Shown in pieces: positions 49,078-58,330 of a stretch of 64,000 nucleotides of DNA. Every line of letters begins with the position of its first letter. The stretch's first letter is position 1. The stretch lies in the NCBI GenBank assembly GCA_039934415.1, contig JBDTME010000006.1, positions 17,206 to 81,205 on the forward strand, in the 5' to 3' direction. Origin of the DNA: Patescibacteria group bacterium (GTDB lineage Bacteria > Patescibacteriota > Microgenomatia > UBA1400 > PJMF01). A program made the position numbers and the translations under genes. The notes under the pieces are model-generated. The model was not told where the DNA came from and did no database searches. It saw only the letters and a list, made by a program, of their open reading frames with translations.

Positions 49078-50101
49078 GCATTTCTTTGAGTTCTTCACTT
49101 GAATTTGTTCTCATGGCTTTCATGCGAACTTCAGCCGCTCCCGGAAAATTGGATAAATACCATGCTATGTGTTTTCTCATAGGCAGAAAATTATAACGTT
49201 CTGTATCTTGAAATGTCTGTTCGTATAACTGTGCGTGTTCAATAGCGACGGCGAATCGTTCTGCCACCGTTGCTTCATGTTCTTGGAAAATCCAAGGATT
49301 TCCCCAGGTGGCTCGCCCGATGAGCACGCCATCTAAACCATATTTAGCAATCTTTTCTCTGGCTTCTGGCACATTTTTAATATCGCCATTTCCCATAATT
49401 AAGGTAGGAGTTTGATGAACCAACTCAGCTGCTTTGCCGATTTCATCCCAATCCGCCAATCCTGCATAGCGTTGATTGAGCGTTCGTCCGTGCAGAGCAA
49501 TTGCTGCAAGGTTCATTTCTAATAAAGTGGAAATCCACTCTTTGATGACAGGTTTCTCAAACCCGATACGTGTCTTAACACTGACAGGTAAACGTTGGCG
49601 ATCTTTTAAAATATGTCCTGCTGACCGTTTATTAATCTCTGCTTTGATCTCGTCACTCAATTGGGTATCGTCTACTGTTTTTCCATTGAACCAGTCTTCA
49701 ACGCCATCTTGGACATTTTTGATAATTTCTTGAGCAAGTTGAGGAGTTCTGATCAGAGCGGCACCGCTGCCCAAGTGTGTAACGTTTTTGGCAGGACAAC
49801 CCATGTTGATATCAACGCCGTCAAAACCTAACTGACAGACAATTAAAGCAACGGTTCGAAAATCGGCTGGTGTGTGTCCGTAAATTTGAGCGAGGATTGG
49901 GCGTTGCGTCTCATCAAACAAAAAATCTTTGAGCAAGCGAGTCGCGCCATGCGTAATGCCTTCAACGCAAGTGAACTCAGTATATGTGAGAGCGTGCTTG
50001 CCATATTTTTTTTGAATAAATCGGCACGGATGATCAGTCACTCCATCCATAGGGGAGAGACCAATAAAACCAGTTGGTAGGGTAGACCAGCAGTTGTCCA
50101 T
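49064..50101 (-). CDS. tRNA-dihydrouridine synthase (Dus)
   Basis: SPMDGVTD, DINMGCP, SVKTRIG, HGRT, GNGDI, IGRA..GNPWIF; start ATG 50101. Confidence 0.94.
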   Translation of the reverse strand: MDNCWSTLPTGFIGLSPMDGVTDHPCRFIQKKYGKHALTYTEFTCVEGITHGATRLLKDFLFDETQRPILAQIYGHTPADFRTVALIVCQLGFDGVDINMGCPAKNVTHLGSGAALIRTPQLAQEIIKNVQDGVEDWFNGKTVDDTQLSDEIKAEINKRSAGHILKDRQRLPVSVKTRIGFEKPVIKEWISTLLEMNLAAIALHGRTLNQRYAGLADWDEIGKAAELVHQTPTLIMGNGDIKNVPEAREKIAKYGLDGVLIGRATWGNPWIFQEHEATVAERFAVAIEHAQLYEQTFQDTERYNFLPMRKHIAWYLSNFPGAAEVRMKAMRTNSSEELKEMLVAV

Positions 50102-50135
50102 CTGGGAATTATACAATAAGTTGTGAAAAGTAGCT

Positions 50136-50744
50136 TTAAAAGCCGAGTTTTTCCTTAACGAAGAGCACCGTAATTCGGCCAGGAGTTCCTTCTTTGTTGA
50201 AAATGAGCAATTTGTTAATGCTACTCCCCATCTTATAGAGTTGTTGCATATGTTCATCTTCGAGTGGGAAGATGTATTCTTCGAGTCTTTTCATCGCTTG
50301 ATCAAGATGTGGTACGATTTTTTGTGTACCAACAACCCAGATGACGTGTTGAGATCCGTAGGCATAGCCAGGTAATTGGCTACCGGTATTCGAGGCGATT
50401 AATACTTTACCGTCTTCTGTGATTGCATGCACGCTACCAATTGACCATTCTGGAGCTGCTCCAAGTTTCTGCATTTCTCCGGTTTGGGTGTTGCGATCCA
50501 TGGACATTAATTTTTTCTTTACTGAATCGTACTTTCCAGATTCGTTAATAGCTTCGACAACACCGATGGTCTCAAGTGTTACTGAAGACATTGTCATGAC
50601 CTCTGCCTGTTCAGGAATTGTTTTTAAAATCCATTCTTTGGCTTCTGCGCCGGTGTTCACTGTTTGTGACTCAATGCCGTTTGCTTTCAATGCTGCAATG
50701 GTTGTTTGTAATGAAGTGTCGTTTGCGAGTGTGTCGAATGACAT
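50136..50744 (-). CDS. LUD (lactate utilization) domain protein
   Basis: L.ANG, S.TL, SVHAITEDG, G.Q, VVGTQKIV, E.LGF. Confidence 0.85.
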   Translation of the reverse strand: MSFDTLANDTSLQTTIAALKANGIESQTVNTGAEAKEWILKTIPEQAEVMTMSSVTLETIGVVEAINESGKYDSVKKKLMSMDRNTQTGEMQKLGAAPEWSIGSVHAITEDGKVLIASNTGSQLPGYAYGSQHVIWVVGTQKIVPHLDQAMKRLEEYIFPLEDEHMQQLYKMGSSINKLLIFNKEGTPGRITVLFVKEKLGF

Positions 50745-50875
50745 ATGAATCCTTTTTGGAGTATTTATTGATGTTTGTCTATAATAGTCTACTTTCCATG
50801 GATTCACAAGCCATAGTTTTGTTTTCGATGCAGCTGTGACAAAATAGGGTGAATTATCCAGAGAAAGATAGCCGA

Positions 50876-51631
50876 ATGGTAACAAGTTCAAATCGTTTTT
50901 ACGATACATATCATAAGAAAAATCGTAACTCGCTGTATCACGCCATTATTACTGATAGTAACTTTACGTACTTTTACACGCTCAAGTACTTAAAAAAAGT
51001 ATTGGAAATGTTTGGACTAAAAAAATTGGAGATCTTGGACTTAGGATGTGGAGTAGGCACGATTGATTTTTATCTCGCGAAAAAAGGACATGAGTTGACA
51101 GGGATTGATATTTCTCAAGATGCTATCGATATTTGTAATCAGGTCAAAAAAGAATTGGAATTTCTGAACGCAACCTTTGTACAAGGTGACGTTCAAAAAA
51201 CTCATTTTAAAAAAAAGTTTGACTTTGTCATTTGTTCAGAAGTGATCGAACATGTTGAGGATGACGTAGGGTTACTGAAAACCATCGGCAACTTATTGAC
51301 TGATTCAGGTGTGTTGTTATTAACGACTCCCTCTGTCAATGCTCCGTTATATCGTCTGGGCTTTTTGAAAAGTTTTGAGCGACGTGTTGGTCACCTTCGA
51401 CGATATCAGATGAAGAAATTAATTGAGTTGATCGAACAAGCTGGTTTTGAAATCGTGGAAACGGCAAAAACAGAAAGTGTCGTACGTAATGCTTTGTACA
51501 CCTTTCCAATTCTAGGTTATTTGATCAAAGGTCTTCGAGGGCCACTCGTACCTGTCTTTCATTTTTTTGATCAAATGGGTACTACTTTAGTTGGAGAAAG
51601 TGATTTAGTTATCATCGCGAGAAAGTTATGA
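50876..51631 (+). CDS. Class I SAM-dependent methyltransferase
   Basis: ILDLGCGVG, GIDIS, FD.VICSEVIEH. Confidence 0.92.
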   Translation: MVTSSNRFYDTYHKKNRNSLYHAIITDSNFTYFYTLKYLKKVLEMFGLKKLEILDLGCGVGTIDFYLAKKGHELTGIDISQDAIDICNQVKKELEFLNATFVQGDVQKTHFKKKFDFVICSEVIEHVEDDVGLLKTIGNLLTDSGVLLLTTPSVNAPLYRLGFLKSFERRVGHLRRYQMKKLIELIEQAGFEIVETAKTESVVRNALYTFPILGYLIKGLRGPLVPVFHFFDQMGTTLVGESDLVIIARKL

Positions 51632-52710
51632 CACAGGTTCTTTTCTTAACTCGTTTGTACTCACCTTATATCGGAGGTGTAGAGACTCACGTATTGAATG
51701 TAACAAAAGAGTTGCAGCAAAAGGGTTATCAAGTAAGTATTTTAACCGAGCAGTTTGAGTCGGATCTGCTCGAGCATGAGCAACTCAATGGCATAGATAT
51801 CATTCGAATTCCAGAAAATGCGATACTAAGTAAGGTTACTTTGTGGAAGTGGATCTGGTCTCACCGTGAGTTGTTCATCAAAGCAGACATTGTTCATGTT
51901 CATGATGTGTTTTGGTGGGTGGTACCCGTTTTACCTTTAATGAAGTCAAAGTACTTCGTCACCTTTCATGGTTGGGAAGGCCAATTTCCGATTAAAAAAA
52001 CTGCGATTTTACAACGTCAAGCCGCTGCTAAACTAGCGAAAGGTGTCATCCAAGTTGGGGAGTATATAGAAAAATGGTATAAGACAAAACCAGACATTGT
52101 TACATATGGTGGTAGTGATTCAGTTCAACCAGGGTCAAACTTGGCTCAAAATATTTTAAAGAAAGTCTTTTCTGCAGCGAAACAAGGTCGATTTATTTCG
52201 CAAGAAAAACAGACCTATGAAGCTGTTTTCGTCGGTAGATTGTCAGAAGATAATGACATAAGTACCGTTTGTGAGTTTTTTTCATTACTAAAAAACGAAC
52301 ATCCAAATGCACATTTTTTGTTCATTGGAGATGGTCCGCTTGCGGAACTGTGTAAATCTATTGGAACGGTGACCGGTTTTGTGCCAGATGTTGACAAGTA
52401 TCTTGTTGAATCAAAAATGGTTTGTGCCAACTCATATTTATCAATCCTTAATGCTCAGTCGTTGGGGAAGTTGGTATGTTCTTTTTATTCAAACCAGTTA
52501 AAAAAAGACTACTTAACAGAGTATCCCCAGGCAAAAAATATGATCATTGTCGGAACAGCAAAAGAAGGTGTGCAGAAATTAACAAATATGAAGAAGAATC
52601 CTCCGCTGTTGAAAGCAAAAATAAAGCAGGCGAGTGAGTGGGCAAAGCTGCAAACTTGGCAAAAAGTGTCACAACACTATGAATATCTTTGGAAGAAAGT
52701 AAGAGTATGA
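51628..52710 (+). CDS. Glycosyltransferase family 4
   Basis: P.IGGVE.H, DIVHVH, FVGRL, IGDGP. Confidence 0.9.
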   Translation: MTQVLFLTRLYSPYIGGVETHVLNVTKELQQKGYQVSILTEQFESDLLEHEQLNGIDIIRIPENAILSKVTLWKWIWSHRELFIKADIVHVHDVFWWVVPVLPLMKSKYFVTFHGWEGQFPIKKTAILQRQAAAKLAKGVIQVGEYIEKWYKTKPDIVTYGGSDSVQPGSNLAQNILKKVFSAAKQGRFISQEKQTYEAVFVGRLSEDNDISTVCEFFSLLKNEHPNAHFLFIGDGPLAELCKSIGTVTGFVPDVDKYLVESKMVCANSYLSILNAQSLGKLVCSFYSNQLKKDYLTEYPQAKNMIIVGTAKEGVQKLTNMKKNPPLLKAKIKQASEWAKLQTWQKVSQHYEYLWKKVRV

Positions 52711-53654
52711 AAGTTACCGTGGTGATACCACTTTTAAATGAAGTACTCAGTCTTGATGCTTTACTACATGCATTGATGAAGCAGACTCTTTCTCCAACTG
52801 AAGTGATTTTAGTTGATGGTGGGTCAAAAGATGGATCGATAGAAAAAATCCAAGAATGGCAACAAAAAAAATTATCGTTCAATTTGGTGCTTCTTGAGAA
52901 ACTGGGTGCGAATCGATCGGTCGCTCGCAATTTTGGAATCAAGGAAGCAAGAACCGAAGTGATTGCTCTGACCGATGCGGGATGCAAACCAAAAGCCGAC
53001 TGGCTGGAAAAGTTGACGACACCATTTATTGACGAAGAACGGACTGAAGTTGTGGCAGGTTTCTATGACCCAGCTCCGCAAAACTGGTGGGAGGATGTGC
53101 TTGCTGATTATACGTGTACTCGTGACTGGAATTTCCAACCTAATACTTTTCTACCATCGTCTCGTTCATTAGCTATCACTAAGACAATTTGGCATAAAGT
53201 CGGCGGATACCCAGAGCATCTCAATACGTGTGAGGATCTCATTTTTGCGGAAAAATTAAAAAACAAGTCAAAACACTGGCAAGTGGTTAAAGAGGCCCAA
53301 GTGATCTGGAACCAACCTCACAATTTATCTGAACTCAGTCAAAAAATTTTCGGATACGCCACAGGGGATTTACAGGCCAAGTATGAACGACACGTCAACA
53401 AGATTTATTCAGCGATGTGGAGAATTATTGTTCTGATTTGTGTGGCAGTTCCAGCAGCGTTTATTGGTCAGCCGATAATTCGAGTATTTGGGTTATCCTT
53501 TTTTGCCCTCTATATCGTAGGTAGCCTGGGCAAACATCCTAGAATGCTCAAGTATCCCTTGGCGATTTTCGCCATCCCAGTCATTCAGCTCACCGTTGAT
53601 GCCTCGCTCGTTCAAGCTCTGATCTATCACAAGCTATCCTCTCAATATAAGTAG
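52707..53654 (+). CDS. Glycosyltransferase family 2
   Basis: VVIP..NE, VDGGSKDGS, ARN.G, TDAG, GGYP...ED. Confidence 0.92.
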   Translation: MKVTVVIPLLNEVLSLDALLHALMKQTLSPTEVILVDGGSKDGSIEKIQEWQQKKLSFNLVLLEKLGANRSVARNFGIKEARTEVIALTDAGCKPKADWLEKLTTPFIDEERTEVVAGFYDPAPQNWWEDVLADYTCTRDWNFQPNTFLPSSRSLAITKTIWHKVGGYPEHLNTCEDLIFAEKLKNKSKHWQVVKEAQVIWNQPHNLSELSQKIFGYATGDLQAKYERHVNKIYSAMWRIIVLICVAVPAAFIGQPIIRVFGLSFFALYIVGSLGKHPRMLKYPLAIFAIPVIQLTVDASLVQALIYHKLSSQYK

Positions 53655-55360
53655 CTTTTTTTCTGGTAAAATAGGTCACAATCTGGAGAGGTCGCATAGT
53701 GGCCTAGTGCATCGGTCTTGAAAACCGACATCCGAAAGGATCGAGGGTTCGAATCCCTCCCTCTCCGCCATCGTGTACGAATGGCTAAAAGAGCTTCCGA
53801 TTGTTCGGGTGAATAGGGCTTTTCTGTGAGTTCTAACGAAAGGTATTTCTGTTCTAGAGCAGGATAGGCTTTTTTGATCTCTGCGAAGTGTTCTGTGAGC
53901 TCTATATAGAGCTTTCCTGCCTTGATTTTAGGACCATATCCCAATGCCATAAGGATTTCTTTCTTCAGTTCTAACCCTCCATGAAGGAATGCTTCGTGAG
54001 CGTAGGTGGCGAAGTGAAAAGTTCTCTCTGTAAGCTCGAGCCACTCAACGGCTCGCTGCTCAGTTCTTCTGAGTTTCTCCTTTAGTTCGGTAATTTTGGT
54101 TTGAAGTTCGTTCCTTTGTTTCACAAACATGTCATCGTCAATGAGTTCTCTAAACCTCATCTTGGTTAAGTTGTCGAGCTCTGTTTGTGTAGTGACTAAC
54201 GTTTTATGTTGCATGTCATAAATTTTGCTGCGGTCTTCAATTTCTCGGTCGTTGTTTTCATTGAGGACTTCTAGTGCCCAATCTTTAAACTCGGGGAGGA
54301 TGGTAATAGCATCCAGTTCTGTTTCGATTTGCTCTTCGAGTTTTTCGAGTGGGACCACTTTCCTTTGAGTACATTTTATGGTCGTTTTCTTCCTGGTACA
54401 GTGATAATAGGTGTACTCTTTAATCTCACCAGTTTTCTTAATGAATTTTTTCTTCGTTTCGGCGGTATATAGACAGCCACATTCTCCACACCGAACAAAA
54501 CCAGTAAAGGCAAACTCATGCTTCTTGGGGCGTGGTTTACCTTTTCTTCCCATCAATACTTGCACTCGGTCAAACTCTTCCAAGGTGATCATGGGATCAT
54601 GTTTGCCTTCATAGTGTGTGCCTTTATGATTAAGAATGCCTGCATAGAAGACACTATTGAAAATCTTGTAGATCCCGCTTCGAGAAAGCGGTTTTCCTCC
54701 TAAGCGTTTCGTTTTTCTGGTGAGGTAACCCCATTCTTCATTGGCGACTTTCAAAATTTGTGGTGGAGTATACGCTCCAGTCAGCATTAAGTCCCACATC
54801 TTACTAATCAGGTTAAATCGATCTGTATCTTTGGCAATGGTGTTTTCAGTTCTGTCATTGAGATATCCAGCTGGAGCCATGTTGGGGAGCCAGCCTTTTT
54901 GTAACTTTGTCTCTATACCACGTTTCACATTCTTGCTTAGGTCCAGAATGTATTGATTGGAACTAGCGGCTTCAACACTGAAGATAATAACGTTATCACC
55001 TGGTAAATATTCACGATCATAGGTTTGAATTGACTTGAGCACACTTTGTTGGAGTAACCAACTGACACGACCACTGTCAATCGGGTTCCTGGAAAGGCGG
55101 TTAATTTGCCAACAAAGAAGCCCATCAGCCTCACCATTCTCTAATTTATCCATAACCTCTTCAAAGATTGGGCGATTCCCAGGTTTTTTGGCGGATTTTG
55201 CCTCGGTAAAGATTTTTACGATGTGAAGATTATTTTCTTTGGCTAACTGGTTGAGCTTGTTAATTTGGCTCTCAATGGACTGAACTTGCCTGTCTTCGCT
55301 GTCGGAAGACTTGCGTGCGTAGAGAAAGTAGCGGATGTGTTGTCTGTCTTTTGTGATCAT
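53642..55360 (-). CDS. Large serine recombinase (integrase); C-terminus read through the tRNA antisense
   Basis: YARKS catalytic motif, RLSRN, recombinase domain, Zn-ribbon C.ECG...YYHC, coiled coil; ends WRRGRDSNPR. Confidence 0.95.
   Translation of the reverse strand: MITKDRQHIRYFLYARKSSDSEDRQVQSIESQINKLNQLAKENNLHIVKIFTEAKSAKKPGNRPIFEEVMDKLENGEADGLLCWQINRLSRNPIDSGRVSWLLQQSVLKSIQTYDREYLPGDNVIIFSVEAASSNQYILDLSKNVKRGIETKLQKGWLPNMAPAGYLNDRTENTIAKDTDRFNLISKMWDLMLTGAYTPPQILKVANEEWGYLTRKTKRLGGKPLSRSGIYKIFNSVFYAGILNHKGTHYEGKHDPMITLEEFDRVQVLMGRKGKPRPKKHEFAFTGFVRCGECGCLYTAETKKKFIKKTGEIKEYTYYHCTRKKTTIKCTQRKVVPLEKLEEQIETELDAITILPEFKDWALEVLNENNDREIEDRSKIYDMQHKTLVTTQTELDNLTKMRFRELIDDDMFVKQRNELQTKITELKEKLRRTEQRAVEWLELTERTFHFATYAHEAFLHGGLELKKEILMALGYGPKIKAGKLYIELTEHFAEIKKAYPALEQKYLSLELTEKPYSPEQSEALLAIRTRWRRGRDSNPRSFRMSVFKTDALGHYATSPDCDLFYQKKSYLY
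53685..53770 (+). tRNA. tRNA-Ser(TGA)
   Basis: GGAGAGG/CCTCTCC-GCCA acceptor, TCGGT-CTTGAAA-ACCGA anticodon arm, long variable arm ATCCGAAAGGAT. Confidence 0.96.
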
Positions 55361-55408
55361 GTTCTGTTTTGTATATGATGACTAAAGTACATCATTAGTA
55401 TATACCAC

Positions 55409-56089
55409 TTAGCTTGCTTTATCCAAGAACTCTTTGAATTGAACTAAGCTCTTTTCCATACGCAGATACTTTTTAGTAAATTTGTGGTTGTGTTTTACTC
55501 TTTTCACCTCGTGCAAATGTCGTTCATATCTATGCATCAAAGCTGTTGCATGAAACCAAGAATACATTGAGTGACGATCATTTCTCTTTCGACAGGTATA
55601 GGTCAGTTCAAAGCAATGCCGACAACCAAAAAAGTTTCTGACTTTGTACAATACTCCCACTCTCTTGCCACAAATTAGTCCGTTTTTAGGAACCGGACAG
55701 AGGAACCAATATCGCCACCCACCATAGGTACACGGTGTCCTGGTTAAATAAATTTTCAGTGGATATTTTTGACCATCACTCAAGTCATAGAGTAGGTAGA
55801 GGTAGGGGTGATAGTCCTCAACATGGCTCGAGATACTGAAGGTTTGTGTTTCGTCATCGAGTGAGTTGTACCACTCCATAGCGCCTTGTTTGTCCGCACA
55901 CAGGTAGTGATATTTCCTCAGCCAATAGATGTCGAATTTAAGCAGAAAGTTTGATTCTAGTTTCATATGGGTAGCCTGGGACTGTGTCGAAATCATTAAG
56001 GATGTCATCTCATTCTGTCCTGGTTTTGTCCAACTTTTGTATAACCTCTTTTTCAGTCTCGGGTAGCTGATGGGGTTTGTTTTTCCCAT
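55409..56089 (-). CDS. Element-associated hypothetical protein with a Cys4 Zn-finger
   Basis: GGWRYWFLCP..CGKRV..LY...CRHC..LTY. Confidence 0.8.
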   Translation of the reverse strand: MGKTNPISYPRLKKRLYKSWTKPGQNEMTSLMISTQSQATHMKLESNFLLKFDIYWLRKYHYLCADKQGAMEWYNSLDDETQTFSISSHVEDYHPYLYLLYDLSDGQKYPLKIYLTRTPCTYGGWRYWFLCPVPKNGLICGKRVGVLYKVRNFFGCRHCFELTYTCRKRNDRHSMYSWFHATALMHRYERHLHEVKRVKHNHKFTKKYLRMEKSLVQFKEFLDKAS

Positions 56090-56397
56090 TGTTCTTTTCG
56101 CCCCAGCCTGCCATAGGTCATCTCGATATCTGGGTCAGGAAAGGGTGGAGTTGGTAATGAATCTCCATAAATCAAGGCTTGCCTATTCTGGGCGTGCAGT
56201 TGCCGGAAAGTACTCATGTCACCACTCTTGAGAGCGGTCTTCATTTTCAAGAACCGCTTGCAACATGCTGAATTTCTAACTCTGGCATAATAGGCTCGCC
56301 ATACTTGTCTTCTTCTGTAAAACTCACCGCTGTCGATGAGCTCTGATGGAACCCTCATTTTTATTTGCTCGTCTGGTTTTTCTTTCTTAAATGCCAT
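56053..56397 (-). CDS. Hypothetical protein
   Basis: GGAGG RBS; overlaps both neighbouring ORFs. Confidence 0.65.
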   Translation of the reverse strand: MAFKKEKPDEQIKMRVPSELIDSGEFYRRRQVWRAYYARVRNSACCKRFLKMKTALKSGDMSTFRQLHAQNRQALIYGDSLPTPPFPDPDIEMTYGRLGRKEQWEKQTPSATRD

Positions 56398-57154
56398 ACT
56401 TTTTACCTCCTTTACTCAATGTATTGGCCACATTCATCAGATCCCAACCGTTCTCATTCCAGAACTTATCTTTGTCCATTGCATTCAAACAATGATTAAT
56501 TTGTTCATCGCTGAAACCAGCTTTATAAAGTTTATGCAAAGCACTTATTTGTTTAGGAAAATTCACAAACTTTTTACCAAACTCAGCTTCGACTGAGTGA
56601 ATATTTTCAATGCACTTTTGATGACCTTGAAGGTTTGGACAAATTGTTTTCCGAGAAACTTTAGGTTTTTCGCTAGGACCACTTTCAAGTAGGCTGGTAA
56701 TATTTTCTTCTTTCCCTTGTTCTTCTTTAGTGTCCCTCAGCTGGGACGATGTTTGTCCCCGATTTGAAACGATCTCTTTGTTTTCTGAAGATTGTCCCCC
56801 GTTTGGGACGATCTTTTTGTGACGGTAAAATTCGGCATTCTGCTCCCATAAATCAACAATGGCATACGTCGTTCGAGGTTTGGTTTTGGCGGGAATTGTC
56901 CCTGAAGTTTTAATCCAACCACGATTAATCAAGGACTCTAAAAGACGGTAGACAGTGTTTTTACTGATACCACATTTCTTTCCCAGCTCTCTAGCCGAAT
57001 AGTAAACTCTGCCACGTTCACCAGCGATGCGTTTTAGCGTTAGATAAAAACCTCTTTCTTCTAGAGTTGAATGATTCACAATGTAATTAGGGACAATGGA
57101 GAAGTAGGCTCTATCGCTTGACTCATCTTTGATATTAAATTCTGTTTGTTTCAT
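56387..57154 (-). CDS. Winged-HTH protein, phage replisome-organizer/replication-initiator-like
   Basis: YFSIVPN, YYSARELGKKCGISKNTVYRLLESLINRGWI followed by a low-complexity linker. Confidence 0.75.
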   Translation of the reverse strand: MKQTEFNIKDESSDRAYFSIVPNYIVNHSTLEERGFYLTLKRIAGERGRVYYSARELGKKCGISKNTVYRLLESLINRGWIKTSGTIPAKTKPRTTYAIVDLWEQNAEFYRHKKIVPNGGQSSENKEIVSNRGQTSSQLRDTKEEQGKEENITSLLESGPSEKPKVSRKTICPNLQGHQKCIENIHSVEAEFGKKFVNFPKQISALHKLYKAGFSDEQINHCLNAMDKDKFWNENGWDLMNVANTLSKGGKKYGI

Positions 57155-57345
57155 AACAACTCGAGTTGTTTCTTCCGCTCCATGACTTGTTGGTACTGAA
57201 CTTTCGTCATTGGTTTGTAAATAATCTGCATGAGTCGAACTAGGGAGAGTCCTTTTTCATACGCGTCTTCATAACTAATCTCTTTGCCGAATCGAGCTTT
57301 ATAGAGCATTTGGTATTTTTCAACTTGAGCCTCTGTAATAAACAT
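57151..57345 (-). CDS. Small helical hypothetical protein
   Basis: ATGA coupling to the next gene; similar to ORF 57785-57949. Confidence 0.75.
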   Translation of the reverse strand: MFITEAQVEKYQMLYKARFGKEISYEDAYEKGLSLVRLMQIIYKPMTKVQYQQVMERKKQLELL

Positions 57346-57347
57346 AG

Positions 57348-57614
57348 CTAGACCGCCGTGCTATAAATTCTATTTTTAAGCATCTTCGTGTTTTCAAAGA
57401 AAGAACGCGCTTCAACTATCAAACGGCCAGCAAAATACTCCTGGACCGAATATTCAAGTTCTGGTGTTTTAAGAAAAATGAAACCAATTTTGCGAACATT
57501 GTCGCGATTCAATGAAAGAAGCTCGTAGTGAAGAGTAACGAGTGCTGAAGAGAGTCCAATGTCGTAACTGAGGAAATGGTGGTCACCCTGAAGGTTCCCT
57601 AATATTGTGTTCAT
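57348..57614 (-). CDS. DUF5659-like small protein
   Basis: D..L.SAL..L.Y.L..L.R....K..F.F.......V..YF.G.L.V....FF...K.LK.RIY pattern. Confidence 0.65.
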   Translation of the reverse strand: MNTILGNLQGDHHFLSYDIGLSSALVTLHYELLSLNRDNVRKIGFIFLKTPELEYSVQEYFAGRLIVEARSFFENTKMLKNRIYSTAV

Positions 57615-57784
57615 AGTATGTTCTGCTAGCTCAAGTCTAGGCAAAACATACCGACAGATCTAGAAAGTTTGTGGTTGTTTAGGTTTATTTGTGAAGGAGA
57701 GTACCAGCTATTGTTTGGTTTGAGTTGTTTTTGTTACACTCCGATTAATGAAAAGATCATTTTCTGATAAAGAGAAACTCAATA

Positions 57785-57949
57785 ATGTTGTCTAAAAAAT
57801 TAATCGATGAGTACAAACAAATTATTAAGGAAGATTATGGACTTGAGTTGTCAGACGAGGATGCACATGACTGTGCTACCAATCTCGTCGATTACTTCGA
57901 GTTACTAATGAAAATCGATCACCAAACGAAAGTGAAGAAAGAAGAGTAA
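57785..57949 (+). CDS. Small hypothetical protein (54 aa, below the ORF-track cutoff)
   Basis: MLSKKLIDEYKQIIKEDYGLELSDEDAHDCATNLVDYFELLMKIDHQTKVKKEE*. Confidence 0.7.
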   Translation: MLSKKLIDEYKQIIKEDYGLELSDEDAHDCATNLVDYFELLMKIDHQTKVKKEE

Positions 57950-57953
57950 AGGT

Positions 57954-58181
57954 CTAAAAAGGGAGCAGCTCGCAAGAATCTACTTTTAATGCCTTGGAGA
58001 TTTTGTAAAGTGTTCTGACCGTGGGGTTTCGCTCACCTCGTTCAATAAGTCCAATGTAGGTTCGATCCATCGAAACCATGACAGCAAGTGCTTCTTGTGT
58101 GACACCTTTACTCTTCCTAGTTTGTTGAAGCTTTTGGCCGAATTTCTCTAGTATGTGTTTGTGAGTGATAGGTTTTCCCAT
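57954..58181 (-). CDS. XRE-family HTH regulator (C-protein-like)
   Basis: FGQKL...RK.KGVTQEALA..MDRTYIGLIERGERNPT..L.KI..AL. Confidence 0.92.
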   Translation of the reverse strand: MGKPITHKHILEKFGQKLQQTRKSKGVTQEALAVMVSMDRTYIGLIERGERNPTVRTLYKISKALKVDSCELLPF

Positions 58182-58196
58182 TCCTCATACTTTAGA

Positions 58197-58230
58197 GACT
58201 CCCTGTCTTCTTTTCCTCTGACTCCTTGTC
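58197..58230. promoter_or_regulatory. Paired C-box-like operators between the divergent XRE and secreted-protein genes
   Basis: GACTCCCTGTC (58197-58207) and GACTCCTTGTC (58220-58230). Confidence 0.55.
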
Positions 58231-58330
58231 ATCATTTATGTTATACTTGGCCTGGTAGTAGGAGCAGTTTCGATTTGACTTTCCAGGCTAAAGGAAGGTA
58301 ACATCTCGAAACTTACGGGAGGAAAAGCCT

